Shown: one piece after another, positions 19,875-29,692 of the stretch
Numbering within the stretch: position 1 is the stretch's first letter
Layout of the letters: every line of letters starts with the position of its first letter
IMG/VR virus record: IMGVR_UViG_3300023174_000046
Location: 153,414-217,413 of that record
Strand: one strand, 5' to 3'
Length of the DNA stretch: 64,000 nt
Notes under the pieces: model-generated
Databases searched by the model: none
What the model saw: only the letters and a program-made list of their open reading frames with translations
What the model was told of the DNA's origin: nothing
Position numbers and translations under genes: made by a program

Positions 19875-20162
19875 ATGCTAAAAAAGAAAGACGCATACGC
19901 AACAACAAGTAAACTTTGCCGGGTTCTGTCTGCCAGAGAAAGGGGGGAGCGGTTTCCAGTTATTGAGTTAAATTTTCTAGCAGATAAAACTGTTAGCACT
20001 GGCCACAAGGTGTATGTCAATTTAGATTGTGCTAAACGTCTGTTAAGCAATTTACAGAATAACATTGATGTGATTGAATCTACTTATGATGCAGCTAATT
20101 ATTATGAGAGACGCAATTATGAAACTGCCAACGGAACTCGAAGAGATTCAGAACACAATTGA
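19875..20162 (+). CDS. Hypothetical protein
   Basis: TATAAT 6 nt before ATG. Confidence 0.6.
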   Translation: MLKKKDAYATTSKLCRVLSARERGERFPVIELNFLADKTVSTGHKVYVNLDCAKRLLSNLQNNIDVIESTYDAANYYERRNYETANGTRRDSEHN

Positions 20163-20424
20163 GACGCACAACAAAGACGTCTTCATTGATACACACAGTT
20201 TATCTAATTTAGGCATATACCCTATATTGGGTGAAAATAGTTTCGTAGGGTTTGTTTACATCTACGAAAATAAAATTAAAGAGTTTGGCATACTCAACAA
20301 CAATATAGTTGAATATGCACTAACAGAAGGTTTTAAAATAAACGATATTTACAAATCTTTTGATCGAAAATTGTTTTCATTTTACAGCAAAGAAGAGTTT
20401 TTACAAAAGCTTTTGCACAGTTAA
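20119..20424 (+). CDS. Hypothetical protein
   Basis: Likely start MKLPTEL. Confidence 0.55.
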   Translation: MKLPTELEEIQNTIETHNKDVFIDTHSLSNLGIYPILGENSFVGFVYIYENKIKEFGILNNNIVEYALTEGFKINDIYKSFDRKLFSFYSKEEFLQKLLHS

Positions 20425-20427
20425 TAT

Positions 20428-20733
20428 ATGTTTAAAAAAGAATTAAATATTGATATGGAGTTGCCAGAGAAACTTAAAGATCAAGAGGCTTTGGTCAAGT
20501 GGTATGTCAAAGGAATTAACCGTAAAATTTTTACAGCTAAATTCATTGATCCGGTTTCTGCATCAGAAGCTGCCACAAGAATTTTAGAGACTGAAATGAG
20601 AGCCAACGATAAGATTACACTGGCGAAAAAGATTGATGTATATGGCACTCACAAAAACTCAAAAGTGCATACTTTTGACCCAGATATTATTGCCGCAAAT
20701 GCAGGCTACTATTCTCTTAAAAAAAATAATTGA
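20428..20733 (+). CDS. Hypothetical protein
   Basis: ORF track. Confidence 0.6.
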   Translation: MFKKELNIDMELPEKLKDQEALVKWYVKGINRKIFTAKFIDPVSASEAATRILETEMRANDKITLAKKIDVYGTHKNSKVHTFDPDIIAANAGYYSLKKNN

Positions 20734-20763
20734 TTATTATTTTGAATATATTATAATAGGGGT

Positions 20764-21003
20764 ATGTTAAGCAATAAACGTAAACATACAAGGAAAGGAG
20801 GTAGCAAAGTGATCGACTATAATAACCGTAATCTTCGCGCGAAGACGTTCTACGCAAAGTTCACCCGGAACCGCAATGGTTCTTTTGAACTTGCTCGCGT
20901 TAACGTTCTTGACGTTAAGAATCAGTACGCACAGCGTATTCGTCGCGCCGACAAGCGTGACTTTACCCGTGCCCTACGCAACAACAACATCGTTGTAGCC
21001 TAA
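20764..21003 (+). CDS. Basic Arg/Asn-rich early protein; alternative SD-led GTG start at 20809
   Basis: Promoter 20730-20757; AAAGGAGG before in-frame GTG; distinct codon usage. Confidence 0.7.
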   Translation: MLSNKRKHTRKGGSKVIDYNNRNLRAKTFYAKFTRNRNGSFELARVNVLDVKNQYAQRIRRADKRDFTRALRNNNIVVA

Positions 21004-21053
21004 GTGCTGGTTCAAGTTGCCCGTGCTACCTTGGAACGTACACGATTTTCGCC

Positions 21054-21090
21054 GATCCCCGTATATGGCAACTATACGGGGATCTTTTTT
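21054..21090 (+). terminator. Intrinsic terminator
   Basis: GATCCCCGTATA-7-TATACGGGGATC + T6. Confidence 0.9.
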
Positions 21091-21104
21091 GTATAAATAA
21101 CAAC

Positions 21105-21386
21105 ATGGACAAGTTCGAAGATCTTCCAGACTCTGAAGAAACATATCCAGAAGATGAAGAATACATATACTCTGCAAACACCATAAAAGAGATATTAGAA
21201 AAGTTTCGAAACAAATATAATGAACGGTTGGATCCTAATTTTAATCCTGATCTATGGCTGGAAGATTTTACTATATACGATTATGTTATAGAAGTGCAAA
21301 AGCGTAACATGAACAAGTTTGATAAACTTACTGATCAAGGTTACAAGCTAGACTACATGACTGGTGAGTTTAAACTATCTGCTTGA
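21105..21386 (+). CDS. Hypothetical acidic protein (late)
   Basis: TATAAATA at 21092. Confidence 0.65.
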   Translation: MDKFEDLPDSEETYPEDEEYIYSANTIKEILEKFRNKYNERLDPNFNPDLWLEDFTIYDYVIEVQKRNMNKFDKLTDQGYKLDYMTGEFKLSA

Positions 21387-21416
21387 AAGTTTTGAGATTT
21401 CCTTCATAATTCTTGC

Positions 21417-21659
21417 ATGATTAGAAAAGACCCACCATTCCCCATTAAAGAACGTAAAGTTGTGCAAATTTATTCAGATCCTGAAAAAAATAAAAATCGA
21501 TTTGGCCGAATGGTATATCTGCATAAAACTGGTGCTGTGGTCGACGTTATGACCAAGGAACAGTTCAATAATTTTAAGTCTTATGAACCCGGTAGAATGG
21601 GCATAAGTTCAATCAAAACAAGAAGTAAATCTAGCTCCGGCCAAGCGGGAACTATTTAG
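21417..21659 (+). CDS. Hypothetical protein (early)
   Basis: TTGAAA-16-CATAAT-6-ATG. Confidence 0.6.
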   Translation: MIRKDPPFPIKERKVVQIYSDPEKNKNRFGRMVYLHKTGAVVDVMTKEQFNNFKSYEPGRMGISSIKTRSKSSSGQAGTI

Positions 21660-21843
21660 ACTTCTTACGACCTTTTTTCTTTTTCTTTGGAACTACTTCT
21701 TCTTCAAAGGATTCAACATCATAATATTCATTCTTTGCAAATGAATCTTTTACAATATAGCCAATTTGTTCGAAGTAGACAACAAATGCTGAGCCAAGCT
21801 CAGTCACAAGGTCTTTGGTTGCATACAATATAGATGATAGCAT
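21652..21843 (-). CDS. Small protein with Lys-rich tail (late)
   Basis: TAAATA 5 nt upstream on minus strand. Confidence 0.55.
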   Translation of the reverse strand: MLSSILYATKDLVTELGSAFVVYFEQIGYIVKDSFAKNEYYDVESFEEEVVPKKKKKGRKKSK

Positions 21844-21899
21844 AATTATATTTATGAAGAAAAGCTGTTATATCTCAAGAAAACACATATAATATTCAT

Positions 21900-22067
21900 A
21901 TGAGCAAGAGTACAAACAATGCCGGGAAAGGCGACAAAGCGCGTAATTGCTTTAGTAGGCAGTTCAAAGACAATTTTGATATTATTGCCGGTTGGGCATC
22001 CAAAGAGAACAAAGAGATACGAAACTACACATCAAAAAAAGGTAAAAAGATCTACAAATATCCATGA
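21900..22067 (+). CDS. Small protein MSKSTNNAGKGDKAR... (below ORF-track cutoff)
   Basis: 55-aa ORF read by hand; TATAAT-6-ATG; AGKGD motif common in phage small proteins. Confidence 0.55.
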   Translation: MSKSTNNAGKGDKARNCFSRQFKDNFDIIAGWASKENKEIRNYTSKKGKKIYKYP

Positions 22068-22429
22068 GTTGGGACCGCAAGCGAATGAACAAAGGTAAAC
22101 CGTATACCTTTCATGTGTTTGTTTTCTTCTCTCCTAAGCAATTTGCTAGTAAGAAGAAATACGAAGATAAAGATTTTCTATTTAAAATTAAAGTTTGTAC
22201 TAATTCAAACCGAGCTTATTCAGGTCCTTTCATTGATGAAGTTGTGGGTGAGTATGAACTAACCAATAAAGAGCTCAAGAAAATGCTTGAGATAGTGAAT
22301 GAAACACCAGACTTGATCATGTGTGGTGAAGAGTATACCATTTATGATGATTACAACGGGCTGTGGAAGCACTACGGCCGAGAAGAAGAGACGCCTTTAG
22401 CTCATATTGTTGCGGAAGAGCTTATTTAA
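22064..22429 (+). CDS. Hypothetical protein
   Basis: ATGA overlap with upstream ORF. Confidence 0.6.
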   Translation: MSWDRKRMNKGKPYTFHVFVFFSPKQFASKKKYEDKDFLFKIKVCTNSNRAYSGPFIDEVVGEYELTNKELKKMLEIVNETPDLIMCGEEYTIYDDYNGLWKHYGREEETPLAHIVAEELI

Positions 22430-22430
22430 C

Positions 22431-22522
22431 GCGCGGGTGGTGAAACGGCGAAACACATCTGGCTTAAGATCAGATACGGATTAATGATCACACTGTGGGT
22501 TCAAATCCCACCCCGCGTACCA
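22431..22522 (+). tRNA. tRNA-Leu(UAA)
   Basis: GCGCGGG/CCCGCGT acceptor, TCTGG-CTTAAGA-TCAGA anticodon arm, long variable arm, TTCAAAT T-loop, ACCA. Confidence 0.93.
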
Positions 22523-22959
22523 TTTAAAAGCTGCAAAGCTCTAGAATAATTAGCGCCCCTAGGACTTAATTTAACCGCTATTAACGCCTGTCTAATATTA
22601 GAAGTATTTTTAAGTGCTTTCAAAAGCCTATCATTTGATACTTTTTTCTTTCCACTGTTTTTATTTTTTCCTTTGTATGTTTTGGTTTGACTGTGACAGT
22701 TGGGGCATAAAAATCTTAGATTATCTAAAGTATTATTAAACGTATCACCATCAATGTGATCTAAATCTAGATTTATTGGTTTACCTCTCCATTCGGTCAT
22801 ATTGCAATGATTGCATTTATACTTTCTGCCTGATGTTAATAAAATTTTCTTTAAAGCATGATTAGATAAAAAAGGCTGATTTGCTTGCTTAGCCCTTTGT
22901 AGAGCTTTAGCCCTTTTGGCTTCTATAGATTTTTGCCTTTGCTCATTATTCCAACTCAT
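22501..22959 (-). CDS. HNH homing endonuclease
   Basis: CNHC...LDHIDGD..NN...NLRFLCPNCHSQT; 3' end overlaps tRNA-Leu antisense. Confidence 0.9.
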   Translation of the reverse strand: MSWNNEQRQKSIEAKRAKALQRAKQANQPFLSNHALKKILLTSGRKYKCNHCNMTEWRGKPINLDLDHIDGDTFNNTLDNLRFLCPNCHSQTKTYKGKNKNSGKKKVSNDRLLKALKNTSNIRQALIAVKLSPRGANYSRALQLLNGTRGGI

Positions 22960-23048
22960 ACCAATATTTATGAGACATATATTATAAATTTTGTGTGTTG
23001 CACTATTTTAATTTTCATGCATAATAAGCATGAACAATAAGGAGATAT

Positions 23049-23345
23049 ATGGATAACATAGATGCATTGTGTGATCAAATAGAATTGTACAACAAGAACT
23101 ATGAATGGATTATCAGAGAATCAGAACGTATTCTTGTGGAGATGAACAAACTTGATAAAATGGAAACATTTCAAGCAGACAAGTATGAAGCGCTTTCACG
23201 AAAACATCTGGAGCTACAACAACGTTATAGTAGAGATAAAGATAATTACAATCAAATGATTAAAGCGGTGCGATCCTATTTCAATGAAAATCATGGCATT
23301 GATATAATAGGGTTGCTGGAAGGTGATATTGATGAGGTTAAATAA
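23049..23345 (+). CDS. Hypothetical coiled-coil protein
   Basis: AAGGAG SD before ATG. Confidence 0.65.
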   Translation: MDNIDALCDQIELYNKNYEWIIRESERILVEMNKLDKMETFQADKYEALSRKHLELQQRYSRDKDNYNQMIKAVRSYFNENHGIDIIGLLEGDIDEVK

Positions 23346-23613
23346 TAGCATGATTGATCATATTACCAAGCATAGCTTGCTCTGGAGTTTAGATATCAGT
23401 ATCAGAGAACTCAAAGCATCATACGATAAATACACAACATTTGGAAGATGCACAATATTTCCATTGGAGTTTCTTTTTGCGGGGTGTTGTGTATTGGTGG
23501 GTACTGTAGCTATTCTTGCATCCATAGTTTTAGATAAGCTTCTTTTGATTCATATCTCCAGAGCTTTAAGATTTGTTACGAAAGGGTTGCATGGATTATT
23601 CTTTAAATACTAA
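23332..23613 (+). CDS. Hypothetical membrane protein
   Basis: Hydrophobic stretch; start uncertain. Confidence 0.45.
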   Translation: MRLNNSMIDHITKHSLLWSLDISIRELKASYDKYTTFGRCTIFPLEFLFAGCCVLVGTVAILASIVLDKLLLIHISRALRFVTKGLHGLFFKY

Positions 23614-23773
23614 ACAACAAGAAATAATGTCCAAGCTCCGAACTATAGCTGGCAGTGACAGAGAACTAGATCTTTGGTTGTCAACTCCAAACAAAGAGTT
23701 TCGCGGCAAAGCTCCAATTGATATGCTTCGTCAAGAAGAATACCAATACTTTGCCAAGGTGGTAGCAAAATGA
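23591..23773 (+). CDS. Xre/MbcA/ParS antitoxin C-terminal-like domain protein
   Basis: WLSTPNKEFRGKAPIDML matches the WL..PN..L.G..P..LL pattern. Confidence 0.65.
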   Translation: MDYSLNTKQQEIMSKLRTIAGSDRELDLWLSTPNKEFRGKAPIDMLRQEEYQYFAKVVAK

Positions 23774-24021
23774 AACATCAACACTTTATTCCTTGTAGCT
23801 GTGAAACAGAAGGTCTTTATATTACAAAATATGAAGATGAACCAGAGACATATGTAGCCATCTTCAAGCATGGGTACAATCCTAAATGCAAATCATTGTG
23901 GAACAAAGTTCGTTACATCTGGCAAATTATTAAAACAGGTCAGCCTTTTGGAGATGATATTGTGCTAAGCAAATCAGATGCTTTGAGACTTTCCAGTTTG
24001 CTCAATTCTTTGTACAAATGA
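23770..24021 (+). CDS. Hypothetical protein
   Basis: ATGA overlaps on both sides. Confidence 0.6.
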   Translation: MKHQHFIPCSCETEGLYITKYEDEPETYVAIFKHGYNPKCKSLWNKVRYIWQIIKTGQPFGDDIVLSKSDALRLSSLLNSLYK

Positions 24022-24308
24022 ACACATGGCATATTCGGTTGAGCGATCAGATGGCATACATGAAAGCTTCTGGTGACTGTGTAGTAAATGCTGCAACTGA
24101 AGTGTATGAGAAAATGTGCAATAGCAACGAAAACTTTAAAGTGTCTCTGGTGGGTGAAGCATATGAAGATGGTTATACACCTGAAGATCCAGATCATACT
24201 TTTTTCTTTTTAAATGCTTTGGTAGTGGCCAATGCAGGTGATCATGCCATGGCCAAAGCCTTGAAACAATTGGAAAAGAAGATAATTAAACAAAATGGTC
24301 ATTCTTAA
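24018..24308 (+). CDS. Hypothetical protein
   Basis: ORF track. Confidence 0.6.
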   Translation: MNTWHIRLSDQMAYMKASGDCVVNAATEVYEKMCNSNENFKVSLVGEAYEDGYTPEDPDHTFFFLNALVVANAGDHAMAKALKQLEKKIIKQNGHS

Positions 24309-24494
24309 CAAAGACAAGTTGTTAATTCGATTAACACATCCTAAACTTTTGCTTCACCGCAAAAGCGATTTAGGGGACGTTGAATGTGGACCGTATCTTA
24401 CAGATACAGAAACTGGAATTTACTTCAGTCATTATGATTATGGGTGTGTTTTTAAACTGCAGCTTCTTGGTTTTGGCATAGATATTTGGTGGTT

Positions 24495-24785
24495 ATGAAA
24501 ATTCCAACTACATTTAAATTAGCAGGTCAAACATGGAATGTGGTGTTTGATAAAGATCTCTTGGCCAATGAAGATGAGTATGGTAGTTGTCATGAAGTCA
24601 CAAATACCATTAGATTGCAGGCAGAAGGTGTTGTGCCTAGATCCAGAGTAGAAGCCACATTCTTGCATGAACTTCTGCATGCAATATTTCATGAATTAGG
24701 ACAAAGCTCTTTAACCAGTGATGAAAAGTTAGTTGACAGTGTTTCTGCGCTGCTACACCAAGCGCTAGCTGAATGTGAAGAGTAA
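24495..24785 (+). CDS. Small HExxH metallopeptidase-like protein
   Basis: ATFLHELLHA. Confidence 0.7.
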   Translation: MKIPTTFKLAGQTWNVVFDKDLLANEDEYGSCHEVTNTIRLQAEGVVPRSRVEATFLHELLHAIFHELGQSSLTSDEKLVDSVSALLHQALAECEE

Positions 24786-25047
24786 ATATTTTTTCTTAAT
24801 TGTAATTCTTTTAACTGCAAACATAAGAGCAGAAGAAGAAGAGCAAGACCTGGTTAAAGACACTGCACTTGGTGCTGTAGCAGGGGCTGCAATTGGGTAT
24901 GTGTGTGGTGGGTGGTTATGCTCCATTCCTAGTGCAGCAGGTCAAGCATTCCTTGTATATGACTCAGAGTCCAATACAACACCACGTGATGTGTACAAAC
25001 ACCCTACTATTGATTTGGATGAATTTAACAAGAGATATAGCAAATAA
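24775..25047 (+). CDS. Secreted glycine-zipper protein
   Basis: Signal peptide; LGAVAGAAIG. Confidence 0.55.
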   Translation: MKSKYFFLIVILLTANIRAEEEEQDLVKDTALGAVAGAAIGYVCGGWLCSIPSAAGQAFLVYDSESNTTPRDVYKHPTIDLDEFNKRYSK

Positions 25048-25059
25048 TAGATACAAGTT

Positions 25060-25803
25060 TTATACGTATTCTAACAACCTCAACCTAAGCCAATTTTGCA
25101 GACCGCCCCAAGGAGCATAGGGGTCAGGAGTATTATTAAAGGTTAACACAGGCATCCCTGTGGGTACTTGAGTCTGGGATACCCATGCTACATCTGTCGG
25201 ATAATAAGATAGATCGCCTTCCTCAGAGCGAAACAAAAAACCATTGCCAACATATTCATTATAGATATACCAAAAGTCATCATCCCATCTTATAATGTAT
25301 GACCAACGATCATAATCTTCCGAACTATATCCATTAGTTTTTACATAAAAAGGTCTCTGGAAATTAGTACCAAATTCTTCCCCGTTAGGATCTTGCCACC
25401 AATTTCCAAACCCCCTGTAACCTAGAATATAACTTCCATTTATATCAATACCCTCTACACCAGAATTTCCAAGTCCAGAAACAACAATATTAGATTTGTT
25501 AAAAGATACAAGAGCAAACACAGGAGTGCCATCAAGTTCACCATCTTGAAGTGCCCAGCTTGTTACATTCCATGGCCAGTCTATATTTTGCTGATTTGAA
25601 ACCAGATTAAAATCATTATTAAGAGCTTTAAAAATCCAATTGTTGTTCTCATAATAAATGGTAAAAGCATCATCTAGAGAATTCCAAAAAGGCTTCCCTT
25701 CATTAAAACCTGCATAGCCATAAAATGTATTGGCACTTGGATTGCTTAGACCAGAGATACTGAAGTTATAATCCGGGTAATTCTGAAAAACACCTTCAGC
25801 CAT
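25060..25803 (-). CDS. Late protein with two tandem aromatic-rich domains, possibly virion-associated
   Basis: Repeated xSGL.N...PF...W...YP/WP..V.W...G.PV units; TAAATA upstream. Confidence 0.6.
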   Translation of the reverse strand: MAEGVFQNYPDYNFSISGLSNPSANTFYGYAGFNEGKPFWNSLDDAFTIYYENNNWIFKALNNDFNLVSNQQNIDWPWNVTSWALQDGELDGTPVFALVSFNKSNIVVSGLGNSGVEGIDINGSYILGYRGFGNWWQDPNGEEFGTNFQRPFYVKTNGYSSEDYDRWSYIIRWDDDFWYIYNEYVGNGFLFRSEEGDLSYYPTDVAWVSQTQVPTGMPVLTFNNTPDPYAPWGGLQNWLRLRLLEYV

Positions 25804-26042
25804 ATAATATATTTATTAATAAACTGCATTGTATTCTAGGATTAGAAGGCCTAATAACATCCATTAGCAGCTTGCTTTAATAATAATATCTGTTATAAGT
25901 ATAGGTATAAGAACAAATTAAAAAATATGAAAAATATTTCTAATGTTTTCCAGTCTCACCTGTCTAATATGGTATATGAAAGGTAACACTTTAACTTTCC
26001 ATGATAAGAAAAGTCTCGCTGCAATAGGCGATACAATAGGAC

Positions 26043-26068
26043 AAGCCGCATTTAGTGCGGCTTTTTTT
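26043..26068 (+). terminator. Terminator-like hairpin inside the small ORF upstream of the PEP-CTERM cassette
   Basis: AAGCCGCA-TTTAG-TGCGGCTT + T run. Confidence 0.55.
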
Positions 26069-26151
26069 ATGGCCTATGGTGTTTTCTGGTTAATACTTTT
26101 ACCTTTTGAATTGTTTTTGAAACTAGATGATTTTTTTAAAAAAATAAATTT

Positions 26152-28584
26152 ATGAAAACAACAAACATAATAAAGAAGGCATTGAGCTTAATTGCCGCTG
26201 CTTTCATGACAACCGCAGCCAACAATGCCCAAGCAGTAGTGTTTCTATGGAACAACACTGGATCCAACTGGACATCCCCCACCAGCTGGACCAATGGCAT
26301 TCAACCTTCTGCAACCAGCTCCAGCACCACCACAGATGAAATACAGTTTGGTAATTATGGAGCCAACAATAACACTGTCATCTTGACATCCACCAGAGCT
26401 GCAAAAAATATCACATTCTTAGCCAATGCAAATCCATATTTGATCAACAGTTTCAATGGTGCTCAAACACTGTCATCTAGTGCAGGCATTACCAACAATT
26501 CTACTGCTACCCAAACATTCAACATATTGGTAGAGAATGCTAACAACAGTAACACCTGGTTTCAAACTGCAGGAGGAGCATTAGTATTCAATAATGTAGC
26601 TTCACTCACCACTGCATCTTCTAGCACATCCAGACTATTAACTCTGGCAGGAGATGGTGCATTCACATTCAACAATGAATTGAGGCAAGGTGGTTCAGCT
26701 ACAGCTGGCAGAGTCCTGTACACAGGCAATGGCACAGTCACATTCAATGGCACCAACACTCTGGGTGGAGGGTTTGAAATCAAAGGAGGAGGCACTGTGA
26801 ATGTGAATGGAGGCACTGGAGTCGGTCAAGGGTTGGTAACAATGGGAGCGGCAACTGGCACAACCAATACACCCAAATTGGTAATCAACACCACCAATGG
26901 CTTGTCTGTGGCCAACAGCTTCAAGGGTTCCAGCAGCTTAGCTACCATGGCCACATTGGATTTGCTAGCAGGCAATGATGCAAATGCAGTCACGACTTTT
27001 GTTGTGAATCAATATCAAGGCAACAACATGAGCTTCACCAACCATGGTGCAGGCAAAACACTGCTACAATTCACCAATGCTGCCAACATACTCACACTAT
27101 CCACAGACACCAGTGGTGGCAGGAGATTGATTAATAACAGCGCCAATTTAACTATACAGTTTGATGGCACCATGGACATTGGATCCACAACTGCAGATGT
27201 TAGTACTTTAGGTGGAGCAGGTGATCTTCTCTTCAAAGGATCTCTGTTCAACAACACAGCGTCAGTGCTCAGAGGATTGAACAAAACAGGCACTGGAACA
27301 GTCACTTTGCAAGCAGTCAATGCTTACAATGGAGACACTACCATTCAAGACGGTACACTGTTGGTGGACACTGCAGGTTCCATTGCTTCCAGTGCTGCTG
27401 TAGTATCAGGGGGTACTTTAAGAGTCAAAGGTACAGCTGGCAGTGCAGCACTTAATAGTGGAACCTTGCTAGTAGAAGGCACAGCTGGTGTAATAACACA
27501 AGGTGGGGGTACTTTTGATCTGAGAGGCACAGCTGGTGCCTTTACTATCTCCTCAGGAACTGCCACAGTGTATAGTGGTGGGTTTCTTGGCAACTCAACT
27601 CTCACTGGAGGCAGCTTGCTTAACAGTGGTACAGTAGGTGAAACAACCATTGCCACTGGCAGTACATTTGATGTGAAGACGGGCGGTACATCTTCCAAAG
27701 CTACTGTGAATGGTGGTACTTTGTTGGTATCAGGATCAGTGGCACAGACTGTTGTTAATTCTGGCACAGCCACAGTAAATTCTGGTGGTAATTCTGGCAT
27801 TACAACTGTGAATGGCAGTGCATTGAATGTGTATGGAAGAACTGGTGTATCCACAGTTAATACAGGTGGCACACTCAATGTAAAGACAGGTGGCAGTCTG
27901 TTGGGCACTAGCACTGTAGGTGGTGGCACATTGCTAGTGGATGGAACTGCTGGTACAGTAACAGTCAACTCTGGAACTGCTACAGTTAATACTGGAGGCA
28001 CAATTAACAGCACCACTGTGAATGGCGGTCTATTATCTGTGAATGGATCTGCAGGAGATGCATTGGTTAATACAGGAGGTACTTTGGGTGGTTCTGGTAG
28101 CGTGCAAGGCCTGACACTCAATGGTGGTATTGTGGCCCCAGGCAACAGCCCGGGTCTGCTCACTGCCTATGAGTTGAATGGAAGCAATGGAACATTCCAA
28201 TTCCAGTTGGGTGCACCTACTACCAGAGGGGTAACATATGATGCTATCAATGTGACAAGCTTGTTAACATTGGGTGCCAATACAGCATGGACATTTGAAA
28301 CCTTAGACAATTATGCATATGCTGATGGCAACACATATGACTTGTTTGATTGGGGTACAGCTGACATGAGCACATTTGATAGTGCAGTGCTGTTGGCTGC
28401 TCTGCCTGATCTTAACACTGCTAGTACAGATCTGAAATGGAATGTGAGCAACTTTACCATGGACGGTACAATTGGTGTTATTCCTGAACCTTCTACAGGT
28501 TCACTCATGGTGTTTGGTATTGCTAGCTTGATAACACTCAAAGCTATAAGGAGAAGAAAATGCCAACACCAAATACATTCCTAA
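26152..28584 (+). CDS. PEP-CTERM surface protein with autotransporter-associated beta-strand repeats
   Basis: Signal peptide; GLNKTGTGTVTL..N.Y.GDT.I..GTL; VAPGNSPG; C-terminal IPEPST-TM-RRRK. Confidence 0.92.
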   Translation: MKTTNIIKKALSLIAAAFMTTAANNAQAVVFLWNNTGSNWTSPTSWTNGIQPSATSSSTTTDEIQFGNYGANNNTVILTSTRAAKNITFLANANPYLINSFNGAQTLSSSAGITNNSTATQTFNILVENANNSNTWFQTAGGALVFNNVASLTTASSSTSRLLTLAGDGAFTFNNELRQGGSATAGRVLYTGNGTVTFNGTNTLGGGFEIKGGGTVNVNGGTGVGQGLVTMGAATGTTNTPKLVINTTNGLSVANSFKGSSSLATMATLDLLAGNDANAVTTFVVNQYQGNNMSFTNHGAGKTLLQFTNAANILTLSTDTSGGRRLINNSANLTIQFDGTMDIGSTTADVSTLGGAGDLLFKGSLFNNTASVLRGLNKTGTGTVTLQAVNAYNGDTTIQDGTLLVDTAGSIASSAAVVSGGTLRVKGTAGSAALNSGTLLVEGTAGVITQGGGTFDLRGTAGAFTISSGTATVYSGGFLGNSTLTGGSLLNSGTVGETTIATGSTFDVKTGGTSSKATVNGGTLLVSGSVAQTVVNSGTATVNSGGNSGITTVNGSALNVYGRTGVSTVNTGGTLNVKTGGSLLGTSTVGGGTLLVDGTAGTVTVNSGTATVNTGGTINSTTVNGGLLSVNGSAGDALVNTGGTLGGSGSVQGLTLNGGIVAPGNSPGLLTAYELNGSNGTFQFQLGAPTTRGVTYDAINVTSLLTLGANTAWTFETLDNYAYADGNTYDLFDWGTADMSTFDSAVLLAALPDLNTASTDLKWNVSNFTMDGTIGVIPEPSTGSLMVFGIASLITLKAIRRRKCQHQIHS

Positions 28585-29228
28585 GACATTTAAGACTATT
28601 AAGACGTACATATTTTGGCTTTACATTAGTTGAAATGGCAGTGGTCATAGTTATAATGGCATTTGTAATGAGTCTTTCATTCCCTTCATATGCAGCTGTT
28701 AAACGCAAGTCATCTCAAGCTGCTTGTGCATCCAACATGAAACAAGTGGGTACAAGCATTGTGTTGTTTGCCACAGAAAATGATGGATGGCTTCCACCAG
28801 GTCCTTCTGGTCAAACAATTAATTCGTTTATTAGCGATTCTAGGTTTGGTAGTGATACATCAAATGTTGTAGATACATCCAATCTTGAATATTATCTTAC
28901 TAATTATATATCAACCAAATCTTTGGGTAAAAAAAAGAGAAAAGGCAATCCTGTGTTTTCATGCCCAGCTCATGATGAAAAGCGACCTTTGATTTGGAAG
29001 AGAGGATCTTGTTTTGGTGGAGCAGGAGGGCAATATGGTACGCAAAATTCAGAAAAATTAATTGCAGTAGATACAAATGATTATTTTTTAGTTGACTTTA
29101 CAAAAGCTTTCACCAATCATTCTGGTGCATCTTTAGATCGAACAATGAAAAATCCGCATGGCGCAACCAGAAATCTGCTAAGAACAGATGGCAGTGTGAC
29201 TACAGAACTGGATAACAAGGCTAGGTAA
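28560..29228 (+). CDS. Prepilin-type N-terminal cleavage/methylation protein with H-X9-DG C-terminus (DUF1559-like)
   Basis: GFTLVEMAVVIVI...CASNMKQVG; H-GATRNLLRT-DG. Confidence 0.9.
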   Translation: MPTPNTFLRHLRLLRRTYFGFTLVEMAVVIVIMAFVMSLSFPSYAAVKRKSSQAACASNMKQVGTSIVLFATENDGWLPPGPSGQTINSFISDSRFGSDTSNVVDTSNLEYYLTNYISTKSLGKKKRKGNPVFSCPAHDEKRPLIWKRGSCFGGAGGQYGTQNSEKLIAVDTNDYFLVDFTKAFTNHSGASLDRTMKNPHGATRNLLRTDGSVTTELDNKAR

Positions 29229-29692
29229 TGGAGTATGTGTCTGTATCACAAGCTATTAAGGCTGCTGCAGATCTTAATACGCCTTCCACAGAGTATCTTA
29301 ATAATTTCTTGCCTGCTTATAGAAAGTACCATAAGAGGCAAAATTTCAGAAGAGCAGTTTGCAAAATTGGTTCGGGTATTGCAGTCTTTATAGTTGCATG
29401 TCTCTGCTATTCATCTATAAATAATGATAGCAAGCTGGACATTGATACAGCTTCAGGAGGTGAAATGGCACAACACAATACACATGGCAAGCACGTGGTG
29501 TTTGAAGGTGATGTAAAAGAAGTTACTAATTTTATCAAAGAGCATGTCAAAGAAAAAACACAAACGTTAAATTTAAGAGATCATTTTCAAGCTGATGTAT
29601 GGGGTGTGTATGTTGAGGGAGAACAGACATTTAGATATTATTACCAATGCTTAGGGCATGGCAGATATTCTGTCTTTATTATCAATGAATAA
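29228..29692 (+). CDS. Single-pass membrane protein, possibly anti-sigma-like
   Basis: PS.EY..NFL..Y...RQ cytoplasmic segment, TM helix, DIDTASGGE. Confidence 0.5.
   Translation: MEYVSVSQAIKAAADLNTPSTEYLNNFLPAYRKYHKRQNFRRAVCKIGSGIAVFIVACLCYSSINNDSKLDIDTASGGEMAQHNTHGKHVVFEGDVKEVTNFIKEHVKEKTQTLNLRDHFQADVWGVYVEGEQTFRYYYQCLGHGRYSVFIINE

Noticed and set aside
27345-28163. 272-aa antisense ORF
   Set aside because: Shadow of Gly/Thr/Val repeat codons in the PEP-CTERM gene.
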